From Sphagnum compactum (lineage: Eukaryota): a stretch of 64,000 nucleotides of DNA. Shown in pieces: positions 24,825 to 38,497 of the stretch (the first letter of the stretch is position 1; each line of letters opens with the position of its first letter). The stretch is from assembly GCA_965153455.1 (NCBI GenBank), contig OZ234493.1, forward strand, positions 34,772,213 through 34,836,212, read 5' to 3'. The notes under the pieces were generated by a model. The model was not told the DNA's origin. It saw only the letters and a list, made by a program, of their open reading frames with translations, and did no database searches. Both the position numbers and the translations under genes were made by a program.

Positions 24825-26324
24825 TTTTTGCCTGAGGAGCACTACTACCCCAACACTTTCCTTTTCTTCAAGTACTTTGCAGAGGTCCACAGATTCCTGT
24901 CTTCTTAGCAGTTGCTGCTGCTGCTGCTTTTGCACAAAACCCAAAAACAGAAACAACCCAATTTTCAATGACAACGTTGCAGATTGCAAGAATCTCTTCT
25001 CCCTCTCTTTCTCTCTCTCTCTCAGTGTGTTATTTTCCAGCTCTAGCTTCTTCCCGACAGCCATCAACTTTGTGGATAGTGCGTGAATTTCACGAGAGAT
25101 TCCCTCCAGCTGCAAGGAAGCGCAAGATCAGCTCATCGCCACTGAATGACTTCAGACAACAAAGGAATTCCAAACCCGAAACTCTCATGCTCTGTATGTG
25201 TGTGTGTGTGTTTCTGTGTTTCTTTCACTCTCTCCAAGTGCAGAAAACACAGAATAAGAAGATGTCAAGTGCAAAGCTAGATGTAGAGAAAAAGAAACAA
25301 AGGGCTTCAAAACCAAACCCGAGATTTGGGTAGTTACTTCTGCAACAGGAGCAGAAGAGAACGAACGTCTTGATATCGATCTCTAACAAGAGAAAAACGA
25401 AAAACAAAACAGCTTTGTCAGCAGTACATACCGGAAGAACCCAAACCCTTTTTTCCTTCATACACACAAAAACCACAAAACAGACACACCCACACACACA
25501 CACACACACACATAGTAGTGTCCACAGAAGGATGCAGACAAGAGTTCCAAGAAACCCCACCTTGTTTACTTCAGCTCAGTTGCTGCAGCATACTTCTGAG
25601 CTTGTTGTTTCTGCTCGGTTGATGTTCTTTCAGTGGAGGTGGAGAGATCAACTGCCTTGTTGTTCTTGTTCTTGTTCTTGTTCTTCTTCAATGGACTGTA
25701 CAACGAGAGAAGAAGCTCACAGAAAGAAAACCAATCCAGCAACTGAAGAAATCTTTTTTGACAACAACAACAAGAACAACAATGCAATGCAGGTAGGAAA
25801 GCAGAAAGGGTTTGTGAAGCTGCATTTATGTTTGGACGGAGGAAAACAAGGGGAAAAGTGTTGGGCATCGATCGATCGATCGATCGCAGATTTTTGTTCT
25901 GTTTTTTTTTTTTGGGGGGGGGGGGGTTTGTGTGAGTCTTTTCCTGAAATCCCCACACGCATGACATGCTGCCAGACGGCAGTATCCTAGTGCAACAAAA
26001 AGCGCGAGCCAGAGCGCCAGCGCGCAAGAGAGAGAGCGAGCGAGCGAGCGTGCAAGCGCGCAGTGTTGTGGAAAGCTCTCTCTCTCTCTCTCTCTCTCAT
26101 GGATGAATGACTCTCGTCAACTGAATGAACAATAGATGGATGAATGTTGTTGTTTCTAGGTGCTTTTTTCTTTTTCCCTATTTAAATCTCTTTTTTTATT
26201 AACTCCCAATTTTATTTTTTATTTTTATTATTTTTTGTTTAAAATTTTCAATCTTTAGAATGGACTTCAAATTTATATTACAGAAATCAAAATTTTCTGC
26301 TGCCCTACTGAAAAAAGCTTGGGG

Positions 26325-26625
26325 ACCACCAGAGTACCATCCACTCACTGGATGAATGGATGCCCATCATGACTCAGTTGTGGATGAACCTTTACCCACC
26401 AGTGTGGCATCCACTGGATGGATGGATGTCCAGTATGACTCAGTTGTGGATGAACCTCACCCACCAGTGTAGCATCCACTGGATGGATGCCTGTTATGAC
26501 TCAGTTGTGGATGAGCCTCACTCTCCAGTGCACCATCCACTGGATGGATGGATGGATGGGTGGATGGATGGATGCCTGTTATGAGTTACTACAACTCAGT
26601 TGTGGATGAAATTCACCCACCAGAA
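26325..26625. repeat. Tandem array of ~4.5 x 60-65-bp units containing the CATCCACTGGATG palindrome and ATGACTCAGTTGTGGATGA
   Basis: ACTCAGTTGTGGATGA recurs four times (~26372, 26438, 26499, 26594), and CATCCACTGGATG recurs at ~26408, 26473 and 26534. Confidence 0.9.
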
Positions 26626-27888
26626 ATTTGTTTCATGACCACTTACTACTTATCATCCATGCTTGATGCACTGGTGGGTGCTGGTTCATTCTGCCCCAAA
26701 ACCTTCTTCACCACTAAGCTACCACCCACAACCAAATAGTTATCAAAAACTTAGTAAAATTTCCACTAGTGTAAAAAAAAAAAAAAAAATTTAAATCCAA
26801 AATCTTCCAAAAAATTTTGTCTAAAAAGATACCCAAAAAAAAAAATCAGGGGGGGAAAAAAAAAAAAAAAAAAAAAAAACTGCATAGAATGTGTAAAATT
26901 ATTATGAAATATGTATTTATTTAGTGGTTTAAAAAACCCAAATGTGAAAAAACCAATAACTAAAACCAATAGTGTTTATCACTTGCATTGTGTGTGGATG
27001 GATGGGCAAAGTGAACTTTCTTTTCCCCTTTCTGTGAGAATAGGTTAAGATGGGTGGGTCCAACTCCAAAGTACTTGTTAAAGTGTAAGAAGGTAGCTTG
27101 GATGTCCATTCATCCATGTAAAACAAGGTAGCTTGATGTCCATTCATCCATGTAAAACAAGTGTCTAACCACAACTGGTCTGGTGGGTGTGGGTCTCAGG
27201 TTTAAAAATCATGCATGGGTATGATGATGATGATGATGATGATGAGGAAGTAAAGCACCCACCACTCCCACCACTTCTTTCTTTCTTTCTTTCTTTCTTT
27301 CTTTACTGGGGACAACACACTTGCACAAGCCACCTCCTCATTAATAGAAAAGCTCAGGAGGCAAAGTCAAGATAGAAGGCTCATGAGTCATCATCATCAC
27401 ATGTGGAAAAAGAAAATAGAAACTAAATAAATAAATAAACGCATAAAAATAGAAAAAAAATGAAGATAGACAAAATAAGAATAGAAAAAATTAAAACATG
27501 AAACAAACATAAACAAAAAAAAAAAGTAAAAACACAAAAACTATAAAAAAGGAATGGAAACAAATGAAACAAGGAAAGGGAAATACAGTAAAATCATTTT
27601 AAAAGAGAAATTACAAAAAAGAAGAAACCAAATAAAGAGTAGAAAAATAAGAAAAAATAAAACTTATAAAAATGAAGAAAAACCCTACTTGAAAAAGAAT
27701 GAGGTGTGTCTTCTTTCTCCAAACTTCAAACTTGCATCCAAATAAACAAAAATACAAAAGTGAAAAAGAAACACTTTATTTTTATTATACAAAATAATAA
27801 TAATAACAGAAAACACATAAAAAATAAAAAAGATAAAAGTTTTAAAAAAAAAACTAAAACATGAACCAAACATTGTTGAAATAACACA

Positions 27889-27919
27889 CCTGTGCATTAG
27901 GCACGGGGTTCAAACTAGT
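27889..27919 (+). mobile_element. Helitron-type 3' terminus (element probably extends left toward ~26.1-26.2 kb)
   Basis: GC-rich hairpin CCTGTGC-ATTAG-GCACGGG (27889-27907), then a short spacer, then CTAG (27915-27918) followed by T, which is the canonical Helitron 3' end. Confidence 0.7.
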
Positions 27920-28380
27920 GAAATATAAAATTGGAAAGATCCTTGATGAGGAGAAGGCCACACTAGTTCAATAAACTTAAAAGCACCCAAGTTCCTGACA
28001 TGGTCCTCAAAGAATTCCCAAAACCCTAAACCCTAAACCCAATAGCACCACCATTAGGGCAACCCAAATGCAACATACGAAGGTATATTTTGGCTTTAGA
28101 GTGTCACTCAAATTACAATGGGTAGAAATTGATGTGTTTTTGATTCAAAGATTGTTCAAGTTCGGAGTATGTAAGTTAACCTACTTTAAGCTTCAGTGGA
28201 TGTTTTTAAACTCAAGCTTTTTTTTTTTTTAAAAACATATCTTTGATTAAGACCTTACCCTAAACCCTAAACCCATCCTATTGTTGTTAGGTTAAATCTT
28301 TTCTTTTATTCGGCTTTCAATATCATGAGGAAGAGAGTGTGTGTGTGTGTTTGTTTGTATGTGTGTGTGTGTGTACTCTT

Positions 28381-28797
28381 TAAGTGAGCTTGTTTTCATT
28401 TTGTGCATGGTTTTTTTTTTCTGTGCAACATGAGTTTGTTGGCCTTTGCCTATCCAAGGCAAGAAGGATATTGTTGTGTTTAGATTCATTATAGAGTATA
28501 GTAGCTTAAGGGATTTTTATAGGCCCCTAGGTAATAATAATAATAATAGGTCTATTTTTATTATATGAGGATTTTTGAAAGATGATATATTTTGGCTTGT
28601 GTTGAAACTTGAGATTAGTTATTATAGAGTTATAATAATATCTTGAAGGATTTTGGTTTCTTTTTGAGGATTTTTTTTGGAAGATTAGGTCTATTTTGGC
28701 CGGGTGAAATATTTGAGTTTCCATAATTCTTCTTTTGCATTAAGATAAATTTTAATGTAAATGGCAAGGCCACAATGTGACACACCTCTTGTTTTAT
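28381..28797. repeat. Direct repeat copy 1 (~350-400 bp; copy 2 at 30938-31287)
   Basis: Long near-identical runs, e.g. GTGTTTAGATTCATTATAGAGTATAGTAGCTTAAGGGATTTTTATAGGCCCCTA and ATGAGGATTTTTGAAAGATGATATATTTTGGCTTGTGTTGAAACTTGAGATTAGTTA. Confidence 0.95.
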
Positions 28798-30937
28798 TCT
28801 TCTCAATGTGTTCCCATGAAGTTCTCAATGTGTTCTCATGAATTCCCAATGGGTTCCCAACACATTCCTCAAGTTTCCCAATAGCTCCTCACTTTATCCC
28901 ATATCCTTTGCCTTAAGCTCTACTCTTGTAACTTATATAAGCAACCCAAAGGAGGAGATTACAACATATCTATTTTGGGATTGTTCAAAGCTTGTTTAAT
29001 TTTTATTTTTGTAATGGACCAATCAAAGATGCCTATCATCACAAAACCAAAAAAAAAAAACTTTGGGGGTCCCCACAACTAATTAATATGAGTCACAATA
29101 TACTATGATTACTAAACAAGTGTAATTTGTCTTTCAAAAGCAAGTTCAAGAGTTAAGTTGCAAACAACTTTCAAAACAATTAAAAATTAAATGATCATAC
29201 AACTTAATTGGAGATTATGATAATAATCGGTGCCCAATTTGTTGGTCCATGACAAGCACTCAAAGTTAGTGTTGGTTGGTTTTCCGTGAGAGCACAAGGC
29301 GTAACTACCCAAGAATTAAGTGGCTACTTGCAAGGTGTTAACATGTTAATTTCATATCAAATTTGTACAAATATGTAAAAGTGTTCAAACTCAACCCTTG
29401 TGCAATGCTTGATAATGCTTCAAACTTAACCCTTGTGCAAATGCTTGATAATGTTTCAAACCCATTTCTTCCATCATCATTGCCCCCGGGCACGATGCCA
29501 TAGTGCCGATGCAATGTAATTTGCAACAATGCAACATTTCTCATCAATCACATGAATTAAGATGCCATAAAAGAGATAGAGGAAACAAGCATTATGTGTG
29601 TCCTCTCATCCATGGTGAAGGTTTTCAATTTCAAGAGGCTAGTTACTAAAATTAGCAAGACGAGGAACAAGCATGGAACAATTAGAGGAAAAGAAAGATA
29701 AGTACATGTGAAGAGTGTGTTTTTGGGGCCCATTGGACTTCGAATACTTTTCATGGGGCCACATAAACATTCCCATATAGGCTCAAGTTCACCCAAGAAT
29801 TTACCATGAACAATTTATTAACCCTTAAGAGCCTAGACCCATTTTACAACCATTTTAACGAGTGTATTTGAGCCTTAGTTAAAAACATTGGTTTGATTTG
29901 CACATCCATGAAATCAAATTAATATTAGATTCAAAGTTTACAAACCCATAGTTCGTTACTAAAAAATTCAGCCAAAACTAAAGCAAAGATGATGAGATAA
30001 CAATGCTAGATTGAGCTCATACAAGATTGGGCAAGTGTTGTGGAAGGTTGGATTTGAAGCTTCGCCAATCAAATAAAAACTTTTAACATGCACAAAAAAT
30101 TGCACAAACCAAAACTTAGATGATCACACAATAAAGCTTTGAGGAGGTACCTATTGATTACCAAACCCATAAGACTTTTGATGAGGCATATTATCTACAA
30201 CTTGTTAACAATGGGCAACACCCATGGATGGGACGTTCGAGCAATTGAATGATCTTTAGATCTATCATGTACATAGCATAAATGTGAAGAAAGGGTGTGT
30301 GTGTGGGTTTTGATAACACTTGGAAATTCATTTTCCATAGCTATAGCATCATCTTCTTTGATGTGGTGAAAAAAAATGATAATGGTAAGTAAAAAAGGCT
30401 TAAGGAAAGGGACAATGAACCTATGACACTTTATTCTATACCTTACCCTTTTAGGGGATGGCCAAAATGGGCAAATCCCTAAATGTTCTCACAAGCCTCA
30501 AAGTAGAGATATTGGTGCATATTACCAAAAAAAATTGTGTGAAGGAAACACACCTTGAACTTTCCTTAGATACCTATTTTCTATTTAACAATTTGGAGCT
30601 TGGGCAAATGAGTTACCCCTATGAAACATATGACATCAAAGTAGCTCTCTAGACACTTCAAGGTGAGTTTCCCTTTGTATAAATAATAATATACCACCAA
30701 TACCTCTCTACTTTGATGCTTGTGAGTATAAATTTAGACATGGTCATGCACAAAAAAAGTGTGGGACAACATAATAAATTGACTACCTATAGCTTTATAC
30801 TTTATACTTCCCTTATTCCTTCTAGTTTTAAGCTTTTTTCCCCATGTTACACATAGTTTTGAACCCACAAAATAGGTATAACCTATTTTGGGACATTCCT
30901 CACTTCCAAGAGCTCCCCCTTTTCACATCTATCTATT

Positions 30938-31287
30938 AAGGAAGCTTGTTTCTTGGCCTTGCATACTACCAAGGCAAGAAGGATATTGTTGTTGTGTTTA
31001 GATTCATTATAGAGTATAGTAGCTTAAGGGATTTTTATAGGCCCCTACTAGGTAATAATAATAGGTCTATTTTTACATGAGGATTTTTGAAAGATGATAT
31101 ATTTTGGCTTGTGTTGAAACTTGAGATTAGTTACAAGAGTTATAATAACTTGAAGGATTTTGGTTTCCTTTAGAGGATTTTTGGAAGATCATATTTTTGC
31201 ATGGTGAAATTATTGGAGTTTCCATAGTTCTTCTAATGCATTAAAATACTTTTCATTGTAAGGTGTGGCACACCCCTTGTTTGTTTT
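30938..31287. repeat. Direct repeat copy 2 (copy 1 at 28381-28797)
   Basis: Same shared blocks as copy 1. Confidence 0.95.
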
Positions 31288-33004
31288 GGTTTTGTTTGTC
31301 ATGTTTAGTTCTCCCAAACCACAATGCCCCTTATAGGGCACTTTGGAGTTGTGTGGTATTGTTGAAAAGACTTCAATGAGGAGGGGGTGCAATTGAGGAA
31401 TTAGGGTTTTGGGTTTCTCAATAGCATGATCCTTGCGTGATTTCATTATAACATACCCTCTTTAGGACCTTCCGTATTGTGAAGAAATGTGTGTCTTTAT
31501 TATTTTTTAGAAAACGTCTCTATATTTTTTGGAAGCTCTAAATTAATAGATCTTAACCTCTATATAGTCTTGCCAAGTACCTATTTTGAATTATAGGTAG
31601 AAACGTTTTTGAGCATTTAAATAGTTGGTTTCAAACAAGAGGTTTTTATTTTTCACTTTTGTGAGATTCTAAGCAAAAAAATTCTAATTTTCACTATAAA
31701 AGAATTTTTTCCGTATAAAATTTCCCCAAAAATCCCAAAAAATGACACCTTTGTCTAAAAAAAAATTACTAATCCAACCATACACTAAATAAGTCACATT
31801 TTTCCTCTTACCCATTCACTAGAATAATAAATTTGGGCTCCCACTTCGCACTACCAGTGTCAATGATTAAATTATTTCGTGTGGACATAATAATTTTGTT
31901 GTAATCAATTGTCTTTTCAAAAGATAAAATTTTGTAAATTTCACTATATGTCATTTTGTTTCATTAATAATTTTTTTTTACATTTTTTATTTGCTAAGCA
32001 AAATGCCAACGAAAGTCTAATTCATTAGAAAAGTTCATAACAAGATAGAAATAGACCCAAAAAAAGAACATTGAAAAGTTGTAAAACAAACAACAAAATA
32101 CAAATAGACAAAAGCATTGAAACGGTGGTGCAAGACAAACAACAAAATACAAACAAACAAATAAACAAACAATTTTGAAATGGAATCTAATTTCTAACGA
32201 ATTATAATCCGGAACGACTCTAGAATCCTTCAAGTTCAAGTTCAAAAGGAATTCTCTGAAGCAATGCACGAATAGCATTAAACAAAGGTATACAGTAGCA
32301 CTCATCGTCTTTCTTTCCCAATACACTATCCACTGAGATCAGTACCTGATTGAAAGCTCGGTGATGTTCTCTCCAATATCTGCAGACTCTAGGAGATAAT
32401 ACACAACCCTAATTTTAACATCTGCCTGACAATCCCAATCAAGACATTGCATCAATCTCTTGGTTTACCACTTCGCATGGACAAGTCCCTCTCTATAGAA
32501 GTAGGGCACTTTGGAAAGCTTGACATACATGCAAAGTAGCACATGCCAGCAATTCAGCATGCTTCATTCTTAAAGTGTAACTTAGAACAAAATTTGTTGG
32601 CCACTATGAACGATTGTTGATTTCACATGGGAACCCCATCTTACCCCTCATGAACAATGCCAGATGTATGATCATCCATAATGTGAAACACCCACATTTG
32701 CTGAAAACTTCACTCTGGAGAGAAAAAGTGGAGAAATTCACCGACAGATTGACTTGCTACTTAAGCTGAGGGTGAATTGGGCAGACATGAAAACTGAACA
32801 CAACACAGTCCTAACAAAGCACAGAACTTGGAATAAAATCCCTTTGTCAAACATCTGTGAAAACACAAAAATCCCAATTCCATCAAAAGGATCTATGATC
32901 ATGCCATTTTGCACTCATAAACATACAAACTTGCTCTAACCTCACTGGCAAGTAGAATCTCACTAAATCAGGGGTTGCAAGTAAAACTACCAAAATTCAG
33001 AATA

Positions 33005-36000
33005 TCAATCTCCATGAATTGTGTACCGCTCCCACCTTTTTGTTGGATCATATATCTGTCACAAAGTCCAGGTTCAAGCTTCAACTTGGGATCCATTTAT
33101 GACAATGTTACAACACACTCTTGCAAGTTTCAAGATCAACTTCATCCACACTTCAAAACTGAAACTAGATTTGTAGATAAGCTCTGCACATTACCATGAA
33201 AAGGCATCTTTAACTGTGCTAGTACAATTAGAGTTTCCTGATTTTTGAGAATTAACATCCACTAGGTAACAACAAAAACTATAAGGTGATCACCATAAGG
33301 GTTTTGATTGCATATCAGATGGAAATCCCTAAATGTGTGACTAAAAACATGGCAAGACACTTCCAGTCTTGCATTAGTCTCAGGTATTCTGCAGTCTGGC
33401 AAAAATTTCTGTCTCCCCTGTTAAGCTGGGAAGGTCATGTGTTTCAGTGAAGAGCCACTACAATTGAAGAAAAGTGGTCTGAGCAGGCCTTGAACCTGCT
33501 GGCATCAAATGGTCTGGGAGAAAACTGGTCTGCCACATTGAGCTCATACATTGCACTGAAACCTACTATAATTGAAGAGAACAAAATTCAGACTAATTTA
33601 CACACAAAAATTCCCAAGCTAGGGCTAAATCATTTTGGGGTTAAAGTGTTACCTCCCATCGTGAGGCTGGAAAAATGTGCTTGTTCTTCTCATACCAATG
33701 CCGTTCCACAACTTTGCCAGCATGTGACTGAACACAGAAAAATTTAACTACTTAGTATCTTCTCAGATTTTATCTCATGTACCCAAATGGATCCCAAGTT
33801 TAAGCTTGAACCTTTTTCACTCCAGTTTAGTGCATGATGCACACAAGGATGAAGGTGATCATTGGGACAGCAATCTTCTCACACTAGCCATCTCTACCCT
33901 GCTTTATCTATATACTCCCATAAAGAAACATAAAGAAAACAGGAAAAATACCTCATCCTTCTCAATTGTAGCATCTGCAATTGTCCGAATGTCTTCATGA
34001 ACATCAAAGTGAAAGAGCTGCAAGCATGCATTTCATTGGCATTCAAGATGTTTCAATCAATCTGTTGAACTCAAATGCACCTAAGCTAAAAGCTTGCAAC
34101 AGTCTGCACGAGATAAATGTTGAGATAGAAAAATCATTTCTGCCTGAAACCTATTGAGCGAAATTTCTAGAGAGTATTTTGTAGAAACTGCAAAAGTGAA
34201 ATTTTCCTCACTTACCGGCCCGCTTTTGCCTCTTGCCTTGTTAATGATAAGCTCATAAAAGGAGTGTTGCTGTGCATCCAACATTGCAAAAACAAAGTCT
34301 TTCACTTCCCGTCCAAAATGGCCTATTGCAGTCTATGGTTTAAGAAAAATGTATGTAAGAAAAAGGCATAGATGATGGGAGGAAAATACTATATACATAT
34401 GCGAATGTATGTATTTATGTAAATTGATATCTATACATCTGTCTATGAATGAGATTGCCAGAGAGAACTCCACAAGAATGCTTTGACTGTAACTTTGTGC
34501 CAGTTCCATGTGAACCAAAACTAACATAACAAGCATGAGTGCAGTCATAACCTAGTGAGTCACTCGCAAACTATCAGACCATGATCATCATGGATGGCAG
34601 TAACAAGCTACTCCCCACTGACTCCATCAGAAATCAATAGTGGGTGTAGATGAATATAGCATAATCTGCTCAAAACTGAGGGCAAACAATTGTACAAAAT
34701 CCTGCATCCTGTTTCTCACATTTCCAGAAGCAACACAAAGTCACAATGTTGGGTTGCACTCAAGGCCTAGCTAACTGAGAATGAAAGGGAAGTAAGAAGA
34801 TAGAACTGTTGACACTTACATGAGGAATGATTAGATCTTCCTTGACATACAGCAAGTTTTCAACTGAAGCTGTACGAATTTCTCGAAATTCAGCTGCTAA
34901 CTGATGCTGTACTGCTCGTAAGAATTCAGCTATGGAGTCTCCTTTCCTGACCTGCGAACCAACCAAGACACCCCAAGACTCAGAGAAATGGATGACAGAT
35001 CTGGAAACCAGATCCACTCCAAACCCAAACTTTCTGAGAGAGAATCAAAGCAAGTAATGCAGGAAAGTACAGTAACAATATATTGAAAGCCAGGAAAACC
35101 TGGAGGACACGTCGATGACCAGCACCATCCCAGTAACTGTATGTTATCTCCAGTGGTTCATCTGCATATGAACACAGAGAACTCAAGATATTAACTGTGG
35201 AGGCCAGGATTTAGAACTTGACAGAATCATAGTTCCCATTGAATCAGCAGACTTTAGAAAAATGATAGATCCTATTTTTTATAAAATTAAATGAATTCCT
35301 CCAGACTGTGGCAGCATGCAGCTCTGCACTGTTTTTTGGAGCTGCAACACTCCAGTGACATTACTGAAAGATGGTTCTTGAATACCATCACTCCATCCTA
35401 GTCATGCAACCTCATCCACTAAGATCCCATAATGTCTGCTAAAACCCAGATACATTATTGGAGTCTCACTGGTACTGTCTAAATGAACAATTTCCATCAC
35501 TTACGAGAAACAATGTCTGAATGGAAAAAGGGAGGAAAAGGAGAGGGAAAAGAGAGTGTACTGCGAATGCGTTCCTGCTCAGTGAGCCATTGCTTGCGAA
35601 GGCGCTCCCTCTCTGCTTGTTCCTCAGCCTCACGCTCCCTGTAGTTACACTCTCCCCACCCTTCACAGTATAATCAGAATTACACATCCAACATAGCCCA
35701 GGATCCATAACTTCTTGTTGATGAAAAAAGGGAAAGTTCTGTCATAACCCACCCCCCAATTGCCATCATAAAGGACATAGCAAATTGTCCAATAACTATA
35801 ACATACTGGGGATTAACCTGATCCGGACCACTTAAACACTGAAAAGGAGATTTTGCTTAAAAAGTTGGGATTCTCTTTGTGGTCAGCTGTCCAAAGTTGT
35901 TCTATGAAACTGGACCAACAAGTTTGACCCACAGCCATAGATTTTCCAAATCCTCCTCCACTCATAAATTTGTTTGACAAGCCTGAAGGTTAGTTAAAGA

Positions 36001-38497
36001 CTAAGAAAAGTTTTATCTGTCGTACCTGTCAGGTAAAAAGCTTGTCTCCACTGCTGGGTTTTTTCCAAATTTCCCTAGCTTCTGCTGCTTTCTTGCCTCT
36101 TCTCTTTGCCTTTCTGCAAATAAACATATGGAGCCAGATGACAATAAAGAGGGACAGGGATGTGAATTGGACACAGATTGGGATCAGAAAGAAAACTTTG
36201 TCATGCTGCTGGTGACAGAGTTTTAAAAAAAAAGTCAGTAGTATCCTCATCAAGCTGCAATAAGCTTTGGAGGCTGCACTTCATTTCATTAGGGCTTGCC
36301 CTGTACATGCAAAAATATCCTGGGTAGTGGTTGTGACTTGCAACCTCCTGTACCCTCAAATTATCCTTTTAAGTACACCGAAGGTGATTCCTTGGATGCA
36401 GAACATCTGCTAAAGCCACAAGAAAACATATCTACGAGATTGCAGACAAAACTCCACATCTATGCTGCGAAGGTAAAATGACAATGAGTGTGGTCAAGTG
36501 AACTTACCAGCAGCTTCACTGTCATCCTCATCTGTGTCTGCATCAACTTCATCAGCAAATGACAAGCGAGATGGACCTTTTGCCCTCCTCTTCTTGCGCT
36601 TCAGCACCTGCCTTTGTTCCTCTCTACATACCCAACTTTCTCACAAATGAGATCAACTCCATTTAACAAACCAAGGTAGACAACATGAAACTTCATCAGA
36701 AATTGGACAATATCACCAAGATCATCTGACATGACTACTCGAGTTAAAACCAAAAATCATCCTACACAACGACCATGAAAACAAAGCTAATTACTAAACT
36801 AGCTTACTTTGTGTCAAATGGCAATCAGCAATTTCTTTGCTGATGGGTGCTAGATTGTGTGTCCCTTGATTTAGACCCCCGCACATCAGAAAGTTCTTGA
36901 TCAAACTACAAGTGTCTAAAAGATTATGATCCACATCTAGTTCTGTGATCTTACTAACCCATGGAAAGCTGTTGTGCAAATGAGCACAGATAAAAAACTT
37001 CAGAGAGGAAGGTGCTGGAAGCTTACTCTTGAGCAAGCTTTTGCTGCTTCTCTTTTTCTTCTTCTTCGAGTTTACTGCGTAAATTCACCCTCTTTAAACC
37101 CATCCATGCAAATTCCTCTATCAGTTAAGCAACTTGCTTGCTCTTGACACAAAATGACTGAGGATTCAAAAAAATGAACAGTTCTTGTTTTAGAGAACTG
37201 TGAAATATTGAAACAATCTGTGCAAGTGTTCAAACCTTTTCAACAAACTGCTCACGAGTGACAAGCCCAACTGTCTCCTTCTTGAATGCACTCTCCAGCA
37301 ACTGCAAACAAACATCACATATCACCAAACAATGTTATCACCCCATCAGATAATACAGAATACGATGACAAGCCTCGTCTCAGGAGCCATGGAAAAACTC
37401 TTGTGAGAACCAAGAAACCTCCATACACTCACAATTTAGGAAAATCAAAATGAGGTTCAAAACATTTTCTCGAAGTCAAATGAAAGAATTGCAGATAAGG
37501 AGTCAAGAACTGGGAAGAAGAAAGACACTGAAGGGTTGGAGAGCTTAAACAAAGAACAATTAAACTAGCAGTATGAACGTAAGTGACAGTCTATCACTTG
37601 TTATTTAGGGACCATCAACAGTAACATGTTAGTACAGCAAGTTCTCTATCACAACTTACCCACTGACTTCATCAGCTCTCCCTACAGTGGGTATAGGCTG
37701 TATGCCAGTGTAACCATTAACTTAGGTGCTGAGTTTCTGTTGTGAGTCAAGAAGCAACCAGAAGACTCAGCCATGATACTGGGTAGCAATTAACGACATA
37801 GAAGGGCAGAAAAAAAACATAGAGAAAGACAGAAAGAAGAAAACAGAGAGAAGACAGAGGGAAGAAAAAAAACACCCAGCAATGCAAAAAGGTCTTCCGG
37901 CCCACAAAACCCCAAACCACAAACCCTAAACCATGCAATAGGTACCAGGGCAAAAAGAGAGAATAACACAAACAAAAGGGAAGAATATGAGTCCAAGCGA
38001 AACAACATGAAACTAGACTTGGAGAAACGGAGAGAAACAAAACGGGAAGAACAAAGAAACCCGGCAATGCTAAAAGATTTTCCGAGCCCACAAAACCCTA
38101 AACCTAAATAAACGCACTATGGAAACAACACGAAACAAGAAGACTTGGGGAAAAAAGGCTGCTAGAATGCTCTTACTACTCTCCATTCCCCGCCCGGGGA
38201 AAAGAAGCAAACAAGCACAGAAAGTCCCCCGCGAAGACTAACTTATTAGGAGGAGAGAATATATTCATAAAACTTTGGTAGTAGCTTTTTTAGTGGCCAA
38301 AGATAGATAAGGGAGTGAAGAAACCAACTTACTTCTGAAGTACCAGAACCGAATTGAAGGAGACCACTTTGACCTTCAGCGGACTTCTTCTTCAGATCTT
38401 GAATGCGCTTCCTCTCCAATTCTCTCTGCTTCTCCAACCTCCGGATACGCGCCGCATCCTGCGCCGTCCCCACGTACCCATCCCCCATTCCTGACAT
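33005..38497 (-). CDS. XCT: XAP5 circadian timekeeper / FAM50 family nuclear protein, ~338 aa, 12 exons
   Basis: Exons 38497-38333, 37301-37236, 37091-37027, 36623-36508, 36113-36026, 35638-35562, 35161-35100, 34951-34820, 34269-34216, 34017-33952, 33727-33653 and 33055-33005 total 1017 nt, in phase. The protein begins [15 protein letters not shown], contains [42 protein letters not shown] and [15 protein letters not shown], and ends RYTIHGD*. Confidence 0.97.

Noticed and set aside
24825-25115. 97-codon in-frame N-terminal extension of PDC
   Set aside because: It starts at a TTG within a splice acceptor and is low-complexity (GA/CAG repeats). The ATG at 24824 gives a normal-length PDC.
25100-26100. 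Hypoxia-responsive promoter element (HRPE) upstream of PDC
   Set aside because: Only generic AAACCA hexamers were seen, with no full AAACCASSSGC match.
26325-26625. CRISPR-like appearance of palindromic repeats
   Set aside because: Whole units, including the would-be spacers, are homologous to each other. The context is eukaryotic and there are no cas genes.
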